A stretch of DNA of 64,000 nucleotides. Origin: Candidatus Bathyarchaeota archaeon (GTDB lineage: Archaea; Thermoproteota; Bathyarchaeia; Bathyarchaeales; Bathycorpusculaceae). Location: positions 256,001-320,000 of the forward strand of contig CAVRFW010000005.1 in assembly GCA_963720565.1 (NCBI GenBank), given 5' to 3'. This document shows positions 1 through 9,410 of the stretch, one piece after another. Both the position numbers and the translations under genes were made by a program. The notes beneath the pieces were generated by a model that worked only from the letters and a program-made list of their open reading frames with translations, was not told the origin of the DNA and ran no database searches. How positions within the stretch are numbered: position 1 is the stretch's first letter; the number at the start of each line of letters is the position of its first letter.

Positions 1-2
1 TA

Positions 3-530
3 AGTGTTGTGCGCACCGCTTGGAAACAGGGCAAAAAAATAAAGGTGATCGCGACAGAAACTCGCCCGTTGCTGCAAGGTGCAAGACTGACTGCATACGA
101 ACTGAAACGTGACGGGATACCAGTCACCCTGATCACAGACAGTATGGTTGGATACGTCATGTACAAACGCTTAGTCAACAAAGTCGTGGTGGGCGCTGAC
201 CGTATTGTTCAAAACGCAGTCGTAAACAAGATCGGCACATTCACTGTTGCGGTTCTAGCCCACGAGCATAACGTACCATTCTACGTGGCAGCACCAAAAT
301 CCACGTTTGACTTAACTCACACATCAACCGATGTTGTCATTGAAGAGAGGAAACCCACAGAAGTCACCCATATAGGGGTTCAACACATAGCTACTCCAGG
401 CGTGGGCGTACTTAATCCATCCTTTGACATTACACCGTTGAAATACGTTACCGCAATCATTTTCGAAAATGGCATTTACTCCCAACAAGACTTTCCCAAA
501 TTTAGAAAAATGTCCGCTAAGAACATTTGA
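3..530 (+). CDS. mtnA: S-methyl-5-thioribose-1-phosphate isomerase / eIF-2B-like family, C-terminal part (5' truncated by window)
   Basis: Motifs ETRPLLQGARLTAYEL, VVVGADRI, NKIGT, PFYVAAP and NPSFDITP; frame is open to the window edge. Confidence 0.85.
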   Translation, partial: SVVRTAWKQGKKIKVIATETRPLLQGARLTAYELKRDGIPVTLITDSMVGYVMYKRLVNKVVVGADRIVQNAVVNKIGTFTVAVLAHEHNVPFYVAAPKSTFDLTHTSTDVVIEERKPTEVTHIGVQHIATPGVGVLNPSFDITPLKYVTAIIFENGIYSQQDFPKFRKMSAKNI

Positions 531-688
531 AAAATTGAGAGCGGAAACCCCCGACACATTTGGAAAAAAAGACTCACTATGAAATGTAAAAGTCGAAAGC
601 TACTTCACGAGTTTATTGCTGCTTGCGGAATGCACTGTGTAACTTGGGCAAAACAACGAACTTGAAAGATGACAATCACGTACATGTT

Positions 689-1238
689 CTATCTGCCTAG
701 ATTAAATGGTTTTCTAAATATCTCTTTTCGCCATTTTCCTTCCCAGCTTGCCCAGCCAGTTTTTACTAGGGTCTCTCTCAAGTGAGGCATCTCAGCAACC
801 CATTCCAGCAGTGCCCAGAAGCGGCGTTTTTCTTTCACCAAGTCTTCCGGCACTCCAACTTCGACGCACCATCTGACATAGCTTCTTTCGACCATTTCTT
901 GCAATTCTCCGGTGGTCTCCACTTTCTCAACCTTGAAACCTCTATTTTGCAGGTGTTTAATTACGCTGGAAAGAACGTAACTGGAACAAACCTTGAAGTG
1001 AGTTTTCTCATCGGGCTGCATTACTTCGACTATTTCGTCGGCAATTCTCACGGCATCTTCCAAGTACTTCTTAGTCTTGAAGTTGGGAGGTTGAAATGAG
1101 GCTGTGGCTATTCTTCGCTCCATGTACCTTCGGTCTGGTGGTTTTAGAGCTCCGATCACTACTCCGAGCAAGAGGTCACCCCACCCTGAAGAGTCTATCG
1201 ATGATTTCTTTCGGTAGAATGAAGTGATCCAAAGTCAA
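689..1238 (-). CDS. Hypothetical protein with N-terminal IDSSGWGD motif (RNase H-like fold candidate); apparent +1 frameshift near 1200
   Basis: ORF 689..1171 extends upstream in frame as IDSSGWGDLLLGVVIG; a plausible N-terminus MTLDHFILPKEI (TTG at 1238) lies one base out of frame. Confidence 0.5.
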
Positions 1239-1380
1239 GGCAAATCATCCACAAACGTTTTAGAGACGTCCAATCTATAGTTGAATTAAGCCTATGCAAT
1301 TCTTAAGTATTGTGAGATTTGGGCAAACAGTTTGCAATTATGTTAACTGAAATCTATAAATCCTCGAAGACTAAATCGTT

Positions 1381-2460
1381 TTGAGGTGCACTGACATCAG
1401 AAAAGCAATTGCTAACTGGTCAAAGAAAGGCGGTCTTCAACCGGGAACCATAACCCATGTTGGTGAACAAAGATCCGAACGGGTTAGAATGTCTGTAATA
1501 AGATATGACGAAAAAGACTTTATGGAGAAGAAGATAAGCACCGTTGAAGACAGCCTGCCTTTAAGAGACAAGCCCTCTGTAACTTGGCTGGACATAGACG
1601 GTGTCCATCAACCAGAAATTATAGAACAGGTTGGAAAACATTTTAACGTGCATCCCTTGGTGCTAGAAGACATAGCAAACACTGGACAACGACCGAAGAT
1701 TGAGGATTATGAAGACTACATTTTTATCGTGTTGAGGATGCTCAGGTTTGACGAAGAAGAAAACGAGACGAAATCCGAGCAGGTTAGCGTAATTCTCGGA
1801 ACCAACTTTGTGATTTCTTTTCAAGAAAAGGAAAGAGACGTATTTGACTCCATAAGAGAACGCCTCAGAAACAGCAAAGGACGCATTAGGAAAATGGGTG
1901 CTGATTTTCTCGCCTATTCGTTGATAGACGCAATAATTGACAATTACTTCATGGTTCTCGAGAGACTGGGCGAAACCATCGAAGAAATTGAAGACAGCCT
2001 CGTTGCCCATCCAACGGCAGTAATGCTTCAGAAGATTCATGATTTGAGAAGAGAGATGATTTTCCTGCGAAAGTCTGTCTGGCCTTTGCGAGAGGTCATA
2101 AGTCGTTTAGAACGATCGGAATCGCCGCTGATTAACGAAGCAACATGCGCGTATTTTAGAGATGTTTACGATCATGCAATTCAGGTGATGGATGCCGTGG
2201 AGACATTTCGCGACATGCTCTCGGGGATGCTTGACATTTACCTTTCAAGTGTAAGCAACCGCATGAATGAAATCATGAAGGTACTGACTATCATTACAAC
2301 AATCTTCATACCTCTTACTTACATCGCAGGCATTTACGGAATGAACTTTAGGTATATGCCTGAGCTTAATCAAACATGGACCTATCCTGCAATCTTGGCT
2401 CTAATGTTTATACTTGCCATGTTTATGGTGTTTTTCTTTAGGCGAAGGAAGTGGATTTAA
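1381..2460 (+). CDS. corA: Magnesium/cobalt transporter CorA
   Basis: HPLVLEDI, QRPKIE, YFRDVYDH and the YGMNF signature between two C-terminal TM helices. Confidence 0.95.
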   Translation: MRCTDIRKAIANWSKKGGLQPGTITHVGEQRSERVRMSVIRYDEKDFMEKKISTVEDSLPLRDKPSVTWLDIDGVHQPEIIEQVGKHFNVHPLVLEDIANTGQRPKIEDYEDYIFIVLRMLRFDEEENETKSEQVSVILGTNFVISFQEKERDVFDSIRERLRNSKGRIRKMGADFLAYSLIDAIIDNYFMVLERLGETIEEIEDSLVAHPTAVMLQKIHDLRREMIFLRKSVWPLREVISRLERSESPLINEATCAYFRDVYDHAIQVMDAVETFRDMLSGMLDIYLSSVSNRMNEIMKVLTIITTIFIPLTYIAGIYGMNFRYMPELNQTWTYPAILALMFILAMFMVFFFRRRKWI

Positions 2461-2736
2461 CCAAAATTCCACAACATGGAGGCACCTATAGCAGTAGGCT
2501 CCAGAGATGCAGCTGGATGAGGGCTCAATAAGAACGTGCCTTTCTCATCTGCCGCTTCTCCCAGCTGCCAAGGCCCAGTTGTCAAGCTATTTCCAAGCGA
2601 TTAAACTGAAATAATCTGCAGGCTGCTAATTTTGAGTGCGACAGATAGAATCAAGCACCAATTAATGCGCTCCACTTTTATAGAGAAGGAAGGTATATCG
2701 TTAAAGAGACAATTACCTTAACCACGGTTGGCAGCA

Positions 2737-3291
2737 ATGAGTGAAAACAAAACAAGCTCAAACTCTTTCGAACTCAAGACTACCGGAGTCCTAGCGAAAA
2801 AAACCGTTGAGATATCTGAACAGAGCAGCCTTGACGCGCTTTCCCAGCGCGGATACGGTACTGTTGAAAACGGAATACTAGGGCTTGCTTTCTATGAGGC
2901 ACTGTACTTGTTGGACAAAGGGATGCTTGAGGTTAAAGGCGAAGAAGGAGAAAGCACGAGTTTCCAAACTCTTCTACAGCTCTATGAGAAACTAAACGAG
3001 AATGCATGGGTTAACTTTTTGGTTTATCGAGATCTCCGAAGCAGGGGCTACGTAGTCAGAGAAGGCTTCGGTGCAGGAATAGACTTTCGCATTTATGAAA
3101 GAGGTGCTTATGGAAAAGATACTGCTACATATTTGATTCTCAGTACCCAAGAGGGCAAACCCGTACCCATAGAAGACTTGACAAGTGCTTTGCAGCGGAG
3201 TCAAAGCCAGAAGAAGGAGCTGATACTCGCGGTTATGAACCGCAGAGGAGAAATAGTTTACTACTCAGTCTCCCAACTAACGTTCAAATAG
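2737..3291 (+). CDS. endA: tRNA-splicing endonuclease, probable structural (non-catalytic) subunit
   Basis: L..YEALYL and VYRDLRSRGYVVREG...DFRIYERG motifs; lacks the KYG tyrosine context and the catalytic His after VY. Confidence 0.75.
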   Translation: MSENKTSSNSFELKTTGVLAKKTVEISEQSSLDALSQRGYGTVENGILGLAFYEALYLLDKGMLEVKGEEGESTSFQTLLQLYEKLNENAWVNFLVYRDLRSRGYVVREGFGAGIDFRIYERGAYGKDTATYLILSTQEGKPVPIEDLTSALQRSQSQKKELILAVMNRRGEIVYYSVSQLTFK

Positions 3292-3307
3292 CGAAGTGAA
3301 GGCAGAT

Positions 3308-4624
3308 ATGGATGACTTTCAACCTGTCCGGGGAATGCGGGATCTTCTACCTGAAGAAGCAGAAAACTTGGTAAGCATTATAGATAAAGCCAAAAAAACA
3401 GCTGCTCTCTATGGTTACCGAGAAGTAATAACCCCCGTTGTCGAATCATTCGAACTCCTAAACGTTAAGTCTGGTGAAGAAATTCGTTCACGAATGTTCG
3501 TATTCGAAGACTTGGGACGACGAAAAATAGTGCTGCGCCCAGAATTTACTGCGTCGATAGCACGCCTAATAACTACCACGCTAAGAAACGAACCCAAACC
3601 CTTGAGAATTTTCAGTGTAGGCAGCGTGTACAGATATGATGAACCTCAACGCGGTCGATACAGAGAGTTCTGGCAATCAAACTTCGAACTAGCAGGTTCA
3701 AGCATGCCCGAATCTGACGCAGAAATACTTCTCCTCACCAATAGACTGATGAAAGAAATAGGTTTGGTCAACTACGAATTTAAACTAGGTCACGTTGGTA
3801 TCTTGAGGGCAATTCTCAATCAAGAAGGAATAGATGAGCAAACCCAAAATGCTATACTGCAGAAAATGGACAAAAAAGAATTTGACGCAGCACTTGAACT
3901 TGTTCCGGACAAAAAAAGTAGGAAAACGCTTGAAAGTTTGATTAATCTAAGAGAACTTGACCCTGTCCCACCCAATCCATCCACAACAGTAGAAAAGATT
4001 AAGCAACTTGTGGAAGGTTACGAAGACGCTGCAAAAGCAGTAAGGAATCTATCCGATATACTGGAGCTAGTCCATAAGAGCGGGTGTCAAATTAAGACAG
4101 TGGATCCAGCCTTTGCCAGAGGCTTAGAGTACTATACAGGAATGATTTTTGAAATCTACATCCCAGAATTGGAAATCGCGATTGGTGGCGGCGGACGTTA
4201 TGACAGATTAATCGAGGTATTCCGGGGAGAGCCGACACCAGCCGTAGGCGTTGCACATGGATTAGATAGAATTGCACTTGCCAAGCAAATTCAGAGCCAA
4301 ATACGAAAGACAGTTACGACGAAAAGTCGAGGAAGAAAGAACCGCAGAGTTATTGTAATTCCCGTTAATGAGGCAATGAAAGACGAAGCATTAAAGATAT
4401 CCGAATTGCTCAGAAAAGCCGGCGTAGGCACCGAGTTAGAGGTTATGGGTCGAAAGATGGCTAGAGCCTTGGAAGATGCTGACAGGAGAAAGGTGGACTA
4501 CACCGTTTTAGTAGGTGAAAGAGAGATGAAAGAAGGAAAAGTAGTCATTCGAAATTTGGCTGAGCGGGAGCAAAAAACAGTCGATATTGACAACCTTGCG
4601 AAAATACTTAGGAGCCAAAAATAA
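3308..4624 (+). CDS. hisS: Histidine--tRNA ligase
   Basis: VRGMRD, LRPEFTASIAR, YRYDEPQRGRYREFWQ, ARGLEYYTG, GGGRYD and a C-terminal anticodon-binding domain. Confidence 0.96.
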   Translation: MDDFQPVRGMRDLLPEEAENLVSIIDKAKKTAALYGYREVITPVVESFELLNVKSGEEIRSRMFVFEDLGRRKIVLRPEFTASIARLITTTLRNEPKPLRIFSVGSVYRYDEPQRGRYREFWQSNFELAGSSMPESDAEILLLTNRLMKEIGLVNYEFKLGHVGILRAILNQEGIDEQTQNAILQKMDKKEFDAALELVPDKKSRKTLESLINLRELDPVPPNPSTTVEKIKQLVEGYEDAAKAVRNLSDILELVHKSGCQIKTVDPAFARGLEYYTGMIFEIYIPELEIAIGGGGRYDRLIEVFRGEPTPAVGVAHGLDRIALAKQIQSQIRKTVTTKSRGRKNRRVIVIPVNEAMKDEALKISELLRKAGVGTELEVMGRKMARALEDADRRKVDYTVLVGEREMKEGKVVIRNLAEREQKTVDIDNLAKILRSQK

Positions 4625-4655
4625 AAAGAAAAAAATTTTGAGCCTCAAAAAAAAG
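4625..4655. terminator. Terminator region between convergent hisS and glnA
   Basis: Long A tracts (oligo-T on the minus strand) flank the inverted repeat TTTTGAG-C-CTCAAAA at 4636..4650. Confidence 0.5.
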
Positions 4656-4667
4656 GCCGTTGCAGAT

Positions 4668-6038
4668 TTACAACCGCTTGATGTATCTGTTAACTTCCCA
4701 CTCTGTTACCTGCATTCGATATAGATCCCATTCTTTTCTTTTTTCAGTTAGGAAGTTTTCGAAGGCCGTTTCACCCAACGTGTCTCGCATCAAGTCGCTG
4801 CTTTCCAGTTCATCTAAAGCTTCCTTTAATGATTCTGGGAGCGAAACTATTCCTTTTGCTTTGCGTTCCTCGTAGCTCATATGGTAGACGTTTAGCTCCA
4901 CTGGGTCGCCTGGGTCAGTTTTGTTTTTGATACCGTCTAAGCCTGTGGAGAGCAGAACAGCAAACTGCAAGTACGGGTTTCCCGCGCCGTCAGGACAGCG
5001 TATTTCACATCTGGCAGCATTCTTTCTACCGCCAAAGTTTGGAACGCGAATAAGCGGAGAGCGGTTCTTATGCGCCCAAGCAAGGTAAACTGGCGCTTCA
5101 TATCCTGGCACTAGTCTTTTGAAGCTGTTTGGCCACGAATTCAGCACTGCACACATTTTTCGACCGTGAGCTAGTTGTCCTCCGATGAAGTGTCTTGCGA
5201 TGTCTGAGAGGTAACCGCTCTTTGCGTTTTCGCTGTAGAAGAAGTTCTGCTTAATTTCTTTGTCCCACAGGCTCTGATGCGTGTGCATTCCTGAACCGTT
5301 TATGCCTGCGAATGGTTTAGGCATATACGTGACTACATACCCGTTTCTCGCGGCGACTACCTTCCCGCACATCTTCATGGTTATTGCTCTGTCAGCTGTC
5401 TTTAGTGCCTCGTCATACTTGAAGTCAATTTCGTTTTGTCCCAGCGCAACTTCGTGGTGAGATATTTCAATTTCTATGCCAAAGGCTTCGGCGGTGTCCG
5501 CTATTTCTCGTCTAATGTCGTCGGTTAAGTCGCCAGGGTGAAAATCGAAGTAACCTGCCATGTCGATTGGTGTAGGCAAGCCTCCGTTTTCACTTTCTTT
5601 GACTATGAAGAATTCTAGTTCAGGCGCGCAAATATACGTGAAGCCTGCTTTGGCTGCTTTGTCTACTGCTCTTTCTAGAATGTATCGTGGGTCTCCATCG
5701 AAGCGTTTGTTTTGCGGCGTGTAAATGTCGCAAATTAATCTGCAGGATGATTTTTCTTTTGGTCGCCATGGCAAGACTGCATAGGTGGTTGGGTCGGGAA
5801 ATAATACCATGTCTGATTCTTCGATGGGTCTGTAACCCGTTATGGATGAGCCGTCGAAAGGCTGGCCGTTTTCGAAGATGCTTTCGATGTTTTTTGAAGC
5901 TACGGCAAGGTTTTTTATTATACCGTTTATGTCGGTGAATTGGAGTCTGACGAATTTTATGTCTTGTTCCTGTATTTCTTTGACGACTTTGGTTACGTTT
6001 TCCTTCCAGATGGCGTCTTTGAAGTTTTTCATTTCCAA
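4668..6038 (-). CDS. glnA: Glutamine synthetase type I
   Basis: RLQFTDING, FDGSSI, HHEVALGQNEIDFKY, YMPKPFAGINGSGMHTHQSLW, KRLVPGYEAP and RCEIRCPD. Confidence 0.96.
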   Translation of the reverse strand: MEMKNFKDAIWKENVTKVVKEIQEQDIKFVRLQFTDINGIIKNLAVASKNIESIFENGQPFDGSSITGYRPIEESDMVLFPDPTTYAVLPWRPKEKSSCRLICDIYTPQNKRFDGDPRYILERAVDKAAKAGFTYICAPELEFFIVKESENGGLPTPIDMAGYFDFHPGDLTDDIRREIADTAEAFGIEIEISHHEVALGQNEIDFKYDEALKTADRAITMKMCGKVVAARNGYVVTYMPKPFAGINGSGMHTHQSLWDKEIKQNFFYSENAKSGYLSDIARHFIGGQLAHGRKMCAVLNSWPNSFKRLVPGYEAPVYLAWAHKNRSPLIRVPNFGGRKNAARCEIRCPDGAGNPYLQFAVLLSTGLDGIKNKTDPGDPVELNVYHMSYEERKAKGIVSLPESLKEALDELESSDLMRDTLGETAFENFLTEKRKEWDLYRMQVTEWEVNRYIKRL

Positions 6039-6050
6039 ACATCCTCATTG

Positions 6051-6144
6051 GTTTAACTAATGTGTTTTTTCACGTGTTATGCAATTCACAGTTTGATTAA
6101 ACATATATAAATATATCGTTTAACATAATGGATGAATGTTTAAC
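6051..6144 (-). promoter_or_regulatory. glnA promoter with TATA box and candidate operator repeats
   Basis: TTTATATA on the minus strand (~6103-6110) is flanked by the inverted repeat TTAAAC/GTTTAA; GTTTAAC occurs at 6051, 6118 and 6138. Confidence 0.45.
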
Positions 6145-6223
6145 AAGAAAACGTATATTTGAAAAGTAGTGCAGCAGCGCATTAGACGAGGAAGGGGAAA
6201 GTGACGCACTTCAGGCAAATAGC

Positions 6224-6709
6224 TTAATGTGAAGGCCTATTTACTGATTCTCTTCGCAAGAAGTCTCCGACATCCGAAATGTTTCTGACTGCAATATCAG
6301 TATCCTTTCCCGCAGAATCCAAACTGCAGACTATTTTGCCGAAGCCTAGACATTCGCCATGTTCATTCATTACTAGTGTATAGTCGTTTTTGCCTCGTAA
6401 TCCCTGCACTGCCACTATTCCTTTTCGGAATATGTCTCGCCCGCAAATGAACAGCCATGAAGCCTTCCGGTCAATCACAACTTTGTTGGCTCTGCTTTTC
6501 GCTATCAGGGATAATAGGTTAAAACTCGGGAAGAATTTCCCATTTTTTGCTTTTCCCAAATATATGCCTGCGTAATAGAAATCTTCTTGAACAAACCTGC
6601 GCAAGGTCTTGCTTAAAAAAAAGTAACGACCGTTTTTTTCCGCTATGAACTCAGTGTTTAGAACGAGTTTTCCACCGAATTTGGCTGAGAAGGCAATAAT
6701 TTGTTTCAT
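6224..6709 (-). CDS. NIP7-like PUA-domain ribosome biogenesis protein
   Basis: G.YLG, KASWLFICGRDIF, GECLGFG and DVGDFLRRE resemble archaeal NIP7; overlaps the RsmB-family gene by 4 bp. Confidence 0.7.
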   Translation of the reverse strand: MKQIIAFSAKFGGKLVLNTEFIAEKNGRYFFLSKTLRRFVQEDFYYAGIYLGKAKNGKFFPSFNLLSLIAKSRANKVVIDRKASWLFICGRDIFRKGIVAVQGLRGKNDYTLVMNEHGECLGFGKIVCSLDSAGKDTDIAVRNISDVGDFLRRESVNRPSH

Positions 6710-7596
6710 AATCTACCCGTCTTCTTTCCGAGTTTGGCGACGAAAAACCCCTGAGTTTCTCCAGGCCAAATTCGTCTGCATTTTTCAATTGAACTATCTA
6801 ATTGGACTCCGAAAACGTTGGTTAAGCCTTTTTGTCCGTAGCAATTAATATCTTGGATTTTCAGGCTCAAGTTTCTTATAGCCCAATCCATGTTGAGCTC
6901 GTTTTCCTCTGGCTCCATTGAGCAGGTTGAGTAGACAATCTCTCCGTCATCAGACAGGCAGGAAGCGGCATGGGTCAGAATTTCTCTTTGCAAGATTGCA
7001 TTTCGCTCCACATCATCCATTGTTCTTCGCGTGAACCAGTTGCTATCCGTTACGAAGTTTCCTGAACAGGGCGCGTCTATGAGGATTCTGTCAAATTTCA
7101 ATCGCAACTGCGAAGCATGCCTCGCATCAAGAAGATAAACAACCGTGTTTGTAACATGGCAACGTTCCAGATGATTCGACAATGCGGATAGTCGCTTTCT
7201 TTTAACGTCCAAGGCTATGATTGCACCGGTGTTGTTCATAAAGTTGGCTAACTGCACGGTCTTTCCGCCGGGTGCTGCGCAGGAATCAAGTACTATCTTG
7301 CCTCTTAATGCAGTGAACAGCGCAGCCGGGATTTGCGCTGCAGCCTCTTGAATCGAATACAATCCTAACAAGTATTCGGCTGTAGCTCCAACTGAAACTT
7401 TGGAGCTGTACACCCAGTAGCCTGTTTCCAGAAAAGGAACTCTCTCAAGTTGAACACCTGTGGATTCGAGTCTCTGCTCAAGGTTTTTCCCCCCATCGTT
7501 TAAGATGTTTGTTCTGATAGCTTGTCTTAGTTGGGTTTCCTTAAATTCCCAACCTAGTTGAGCATAGCGACTTATGAAAAAACCCTTGCTAGACAT
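6706..7596 (-). CDS. RsmB/NOP2-family RNA m5C methyltransferase
   Basis: LDSCAAPGGKT, FDRILIDAPCSG, VYSTCS..PEENE and QGFFVAKL; start placed at MSSKG rather than the ORF-track start at 7707. Confidence 0.9.
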   Translation of the reverse strand: MSSKGFFISRYAQLGWEFKETQLRQAIRTNILNDGGKNLEQRLESTGVQLERVPFLETGYWVYSSKVSVGATAEYLLGLYSIQEAAAQIPAALFTALRGKIVLDSCAAPGGKTVQLANFMNNTGAIIALDVKRKRLSALSNHLERCHVTNTVVYLLDARHASQLRLKFDRILIDAPCSGNFVTDSNWFTRRTMDDVERNAILQREILTHAASCLSDDGEIVYSTCSMEPEENELNMDWAIRNLSLKIQDINCYGQKGLTNVFGVQLDSSIEKCRRIWPGETQGFFVAKLGKKTGRL

Positions 7597-7824
7597 CAAC
7601 GGTAGATGACGGAATCGTGGATAAAAACTTTTCAACAATCTGACACTTGTCGGGCTTCCCCCAACGTCACAATTGTCAATCGAGCATCTGTCAAAAAATT
7701 TCGCCACAAATCAAAACTCGACTGGTCACCTGAAAATGAAAAACTTAGAAAGTGCCTAAAATTGCATAGTTTTTAAGCTTTGAACGATATAGAATAGCAT
7801 GTTCAGAAGGGACGACTGGATTTG

Positions 7825-8994
7825 ATGGGCAAGCCTCTTGTTTCGATAGTAAGTGCAGGACTCTCGAAGTTCGGAAAACACGAGGGTCTATACGCAAGGG
7901 AGATTTTTGCAACTGCCGCAAAGGAGGCATTCGATCGTTGCCCCAAGCTAAACCCCAAAAGCGACATAAAAGCAATGTTTATTGGTCATATGGGTGAAGC
8001 TTATGAGCATCAGGGACACACTGGTGCGACAGCTGCAGACTGGGCTGGGCTCTTGCATGTACCTACTACACGCACTGAAGCCGCTTGTGCCTCCTCGGGA
8101 GTCGCCTTGAGGTCAGGTATTTATGCAGTGCTTTCAGGTTTGGCTGATGTTGTTCTAGTCGGTGGTGTTGAAAAGATGACTCACAGGAGCACAGCGGAAG
8201 TCACAGAGTATTTGGCTATGGCCTCAGACTATCCTTTTGAACAGTGGAACGGCATCACCTTTCCCGGTTTGTTCGCATTAATCGCGACAGCTCACATGCA
8301 TGAGTATGGTACCACAGAAAGACAGATGGCTTCAGTCGCCGTAAAGAACCATTTTCACGGTAGCTTGAACCCTAAAGCCCACATGCAAAAGGAAATAACT
8401 ATCGAAGACGCATTAACCTCACGAATTGTCGCTTGGCCTCTCAAACTTTATGACTGTTCACTCATAACAGATGGCGCAAGCTGTGTAATCTTAACAAAGC
8501 CCGAACTCGCACGAAAGTATACCGACCAACCCGTTCACATAGTCGGCACTGGACAGGCTGGTGACACCATCGGTCTATACGAACGGAAAAGCTTAACATC
8601 GCTTATGTCAGCGCGACTCGCAGCAAAGACAGCCTATGATATGGCAAAGGTTAAACCAAGCGATGTTGATGTAGCGGAACTCCATGACTGCTTCACCATT
8701 TCTGAAGTGGTTGCTTGCGAGGATTTGGGTTTTTGCGGTTTAGGCGATGGAGGCAAACTAAGTGAAAGTGGCGAGACAAAACTGGGTGGGCGGATCCCAA
8801 TCAATACTAGCGGTGGCCTAAAATCTAAAGGGCATCCTGTCGGCGCCACGGGTGTAGCTCAAGCCTATGAAATATATTTACAACTAACTGAACAAGCCGA
8901 AAGACGCCAAGTAAAAGATGCCAAAATAGGCTTAACTCATAATTTGGGCGGCTCAGGCGCTACCGCCGCAGTACATATCTATAGGAGAGAATAG
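7825..8994 (+). CDS. Archaeal thiolase (acetyl-CoA acetyltransferase family)
   Basis: EAACASS (catalytic Cys), DCSLITDGA, ELHDCFT and SGGLKSKGHPVGATG. Confidence 0.92.
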   Translation: MGKPLVSIVSAGLSKFGKHEGLYAREIFATAAKEAFDRCPKLNPKSDIKAMFIGHMGEAYEHQGHTGATAADWAGLLHVPTTRTEAACASSGVALRSGIYAVLSGLADVVLVGGVEKMTHRSTAEVTEYLAMASDYPFEQWNGITFPGLFALIATAHMHEYGTTERQMASVAVKNHFHGSLNPKAHMQKEITIEDALTSRIVAWPLKLYDCSLITDGASCVILTKPELARKYTDQPVHIVGTGQAGDTIGLYERKSLTSLMSARLAAKTAYDMAKVKPSDVDVAELHDCFTISEVVACEDLGFCGLGDGGKLSESGETKLGGRIPINTSGGLKSKGHPVGATGVAQAYEIYLQLTEQAERRQVKDAKIGLTHNLGGSGATAAVHIYRRE

Positions 8995-8995
8995 A

Positions 8996-9397
8996 ATGCC
9001 CTCGACAGAGCCTTTTACAATTGACCAGTTCTACAAGAATTTGGCACTGGGAAAACTAACGGCTGGAAAATGCCTAAAATGCGGAAGCATTCACCTTCCT
9101 CCTCGACCAATGTGCAGCAACTGTTTCTCGCAGGAATTAGAGTGGGTTGAAATTCATGGAAAAGGTAAACTGGTAACTTACACAGTCATCCACATAGCGC
9201 CCCAGCAATTCCAAAATATCGCGCCCTACCCCGTTGGCATCGTAGAACTCGAGTACGGATTAAGAATACCGGGAATGATCCAAGGAACAACTCAGGAGAA
9301 GCTGCAAATAGGCATGGAGCTGATAATTGACTTCGGCACATGTAGCACAACCCAGACGTGGCCGGAATGGCCAAGGTACTGCTTCAAACCAACATAA
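8996..9397 (+). CDS. DUF35 Zn-ribbon/OB-fold scaffold protein
   Basis: CLKCG...PPR..CSNC followed by GKLVTYTVIH; directly downstream of the thiolase. Confidence 0.9.
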   Translation: MPSTEPFTIDQFYKNLALGKLTAGKCLKCGSIHLPPRPMCSNCFSQELEWVEIHGKGKLVTYTVIHIAPQQFQNIAPYPVGIVELEYGLRIPGMIQGTTQEKLQIGMELIIDFGTCSTTQTWPEWPRYCFKPT

Positions 9398-9410
9398 AAC
9401 ATTATTTGGT

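Noticed and set aside
7825..9397. Mevalonate thiolase/HMG-CoA synthase operon
   Set aside because: No HMG-CoA synthase is adjacent; thiolase-DUF35 pairs are common, so the pathway cannot be assigned
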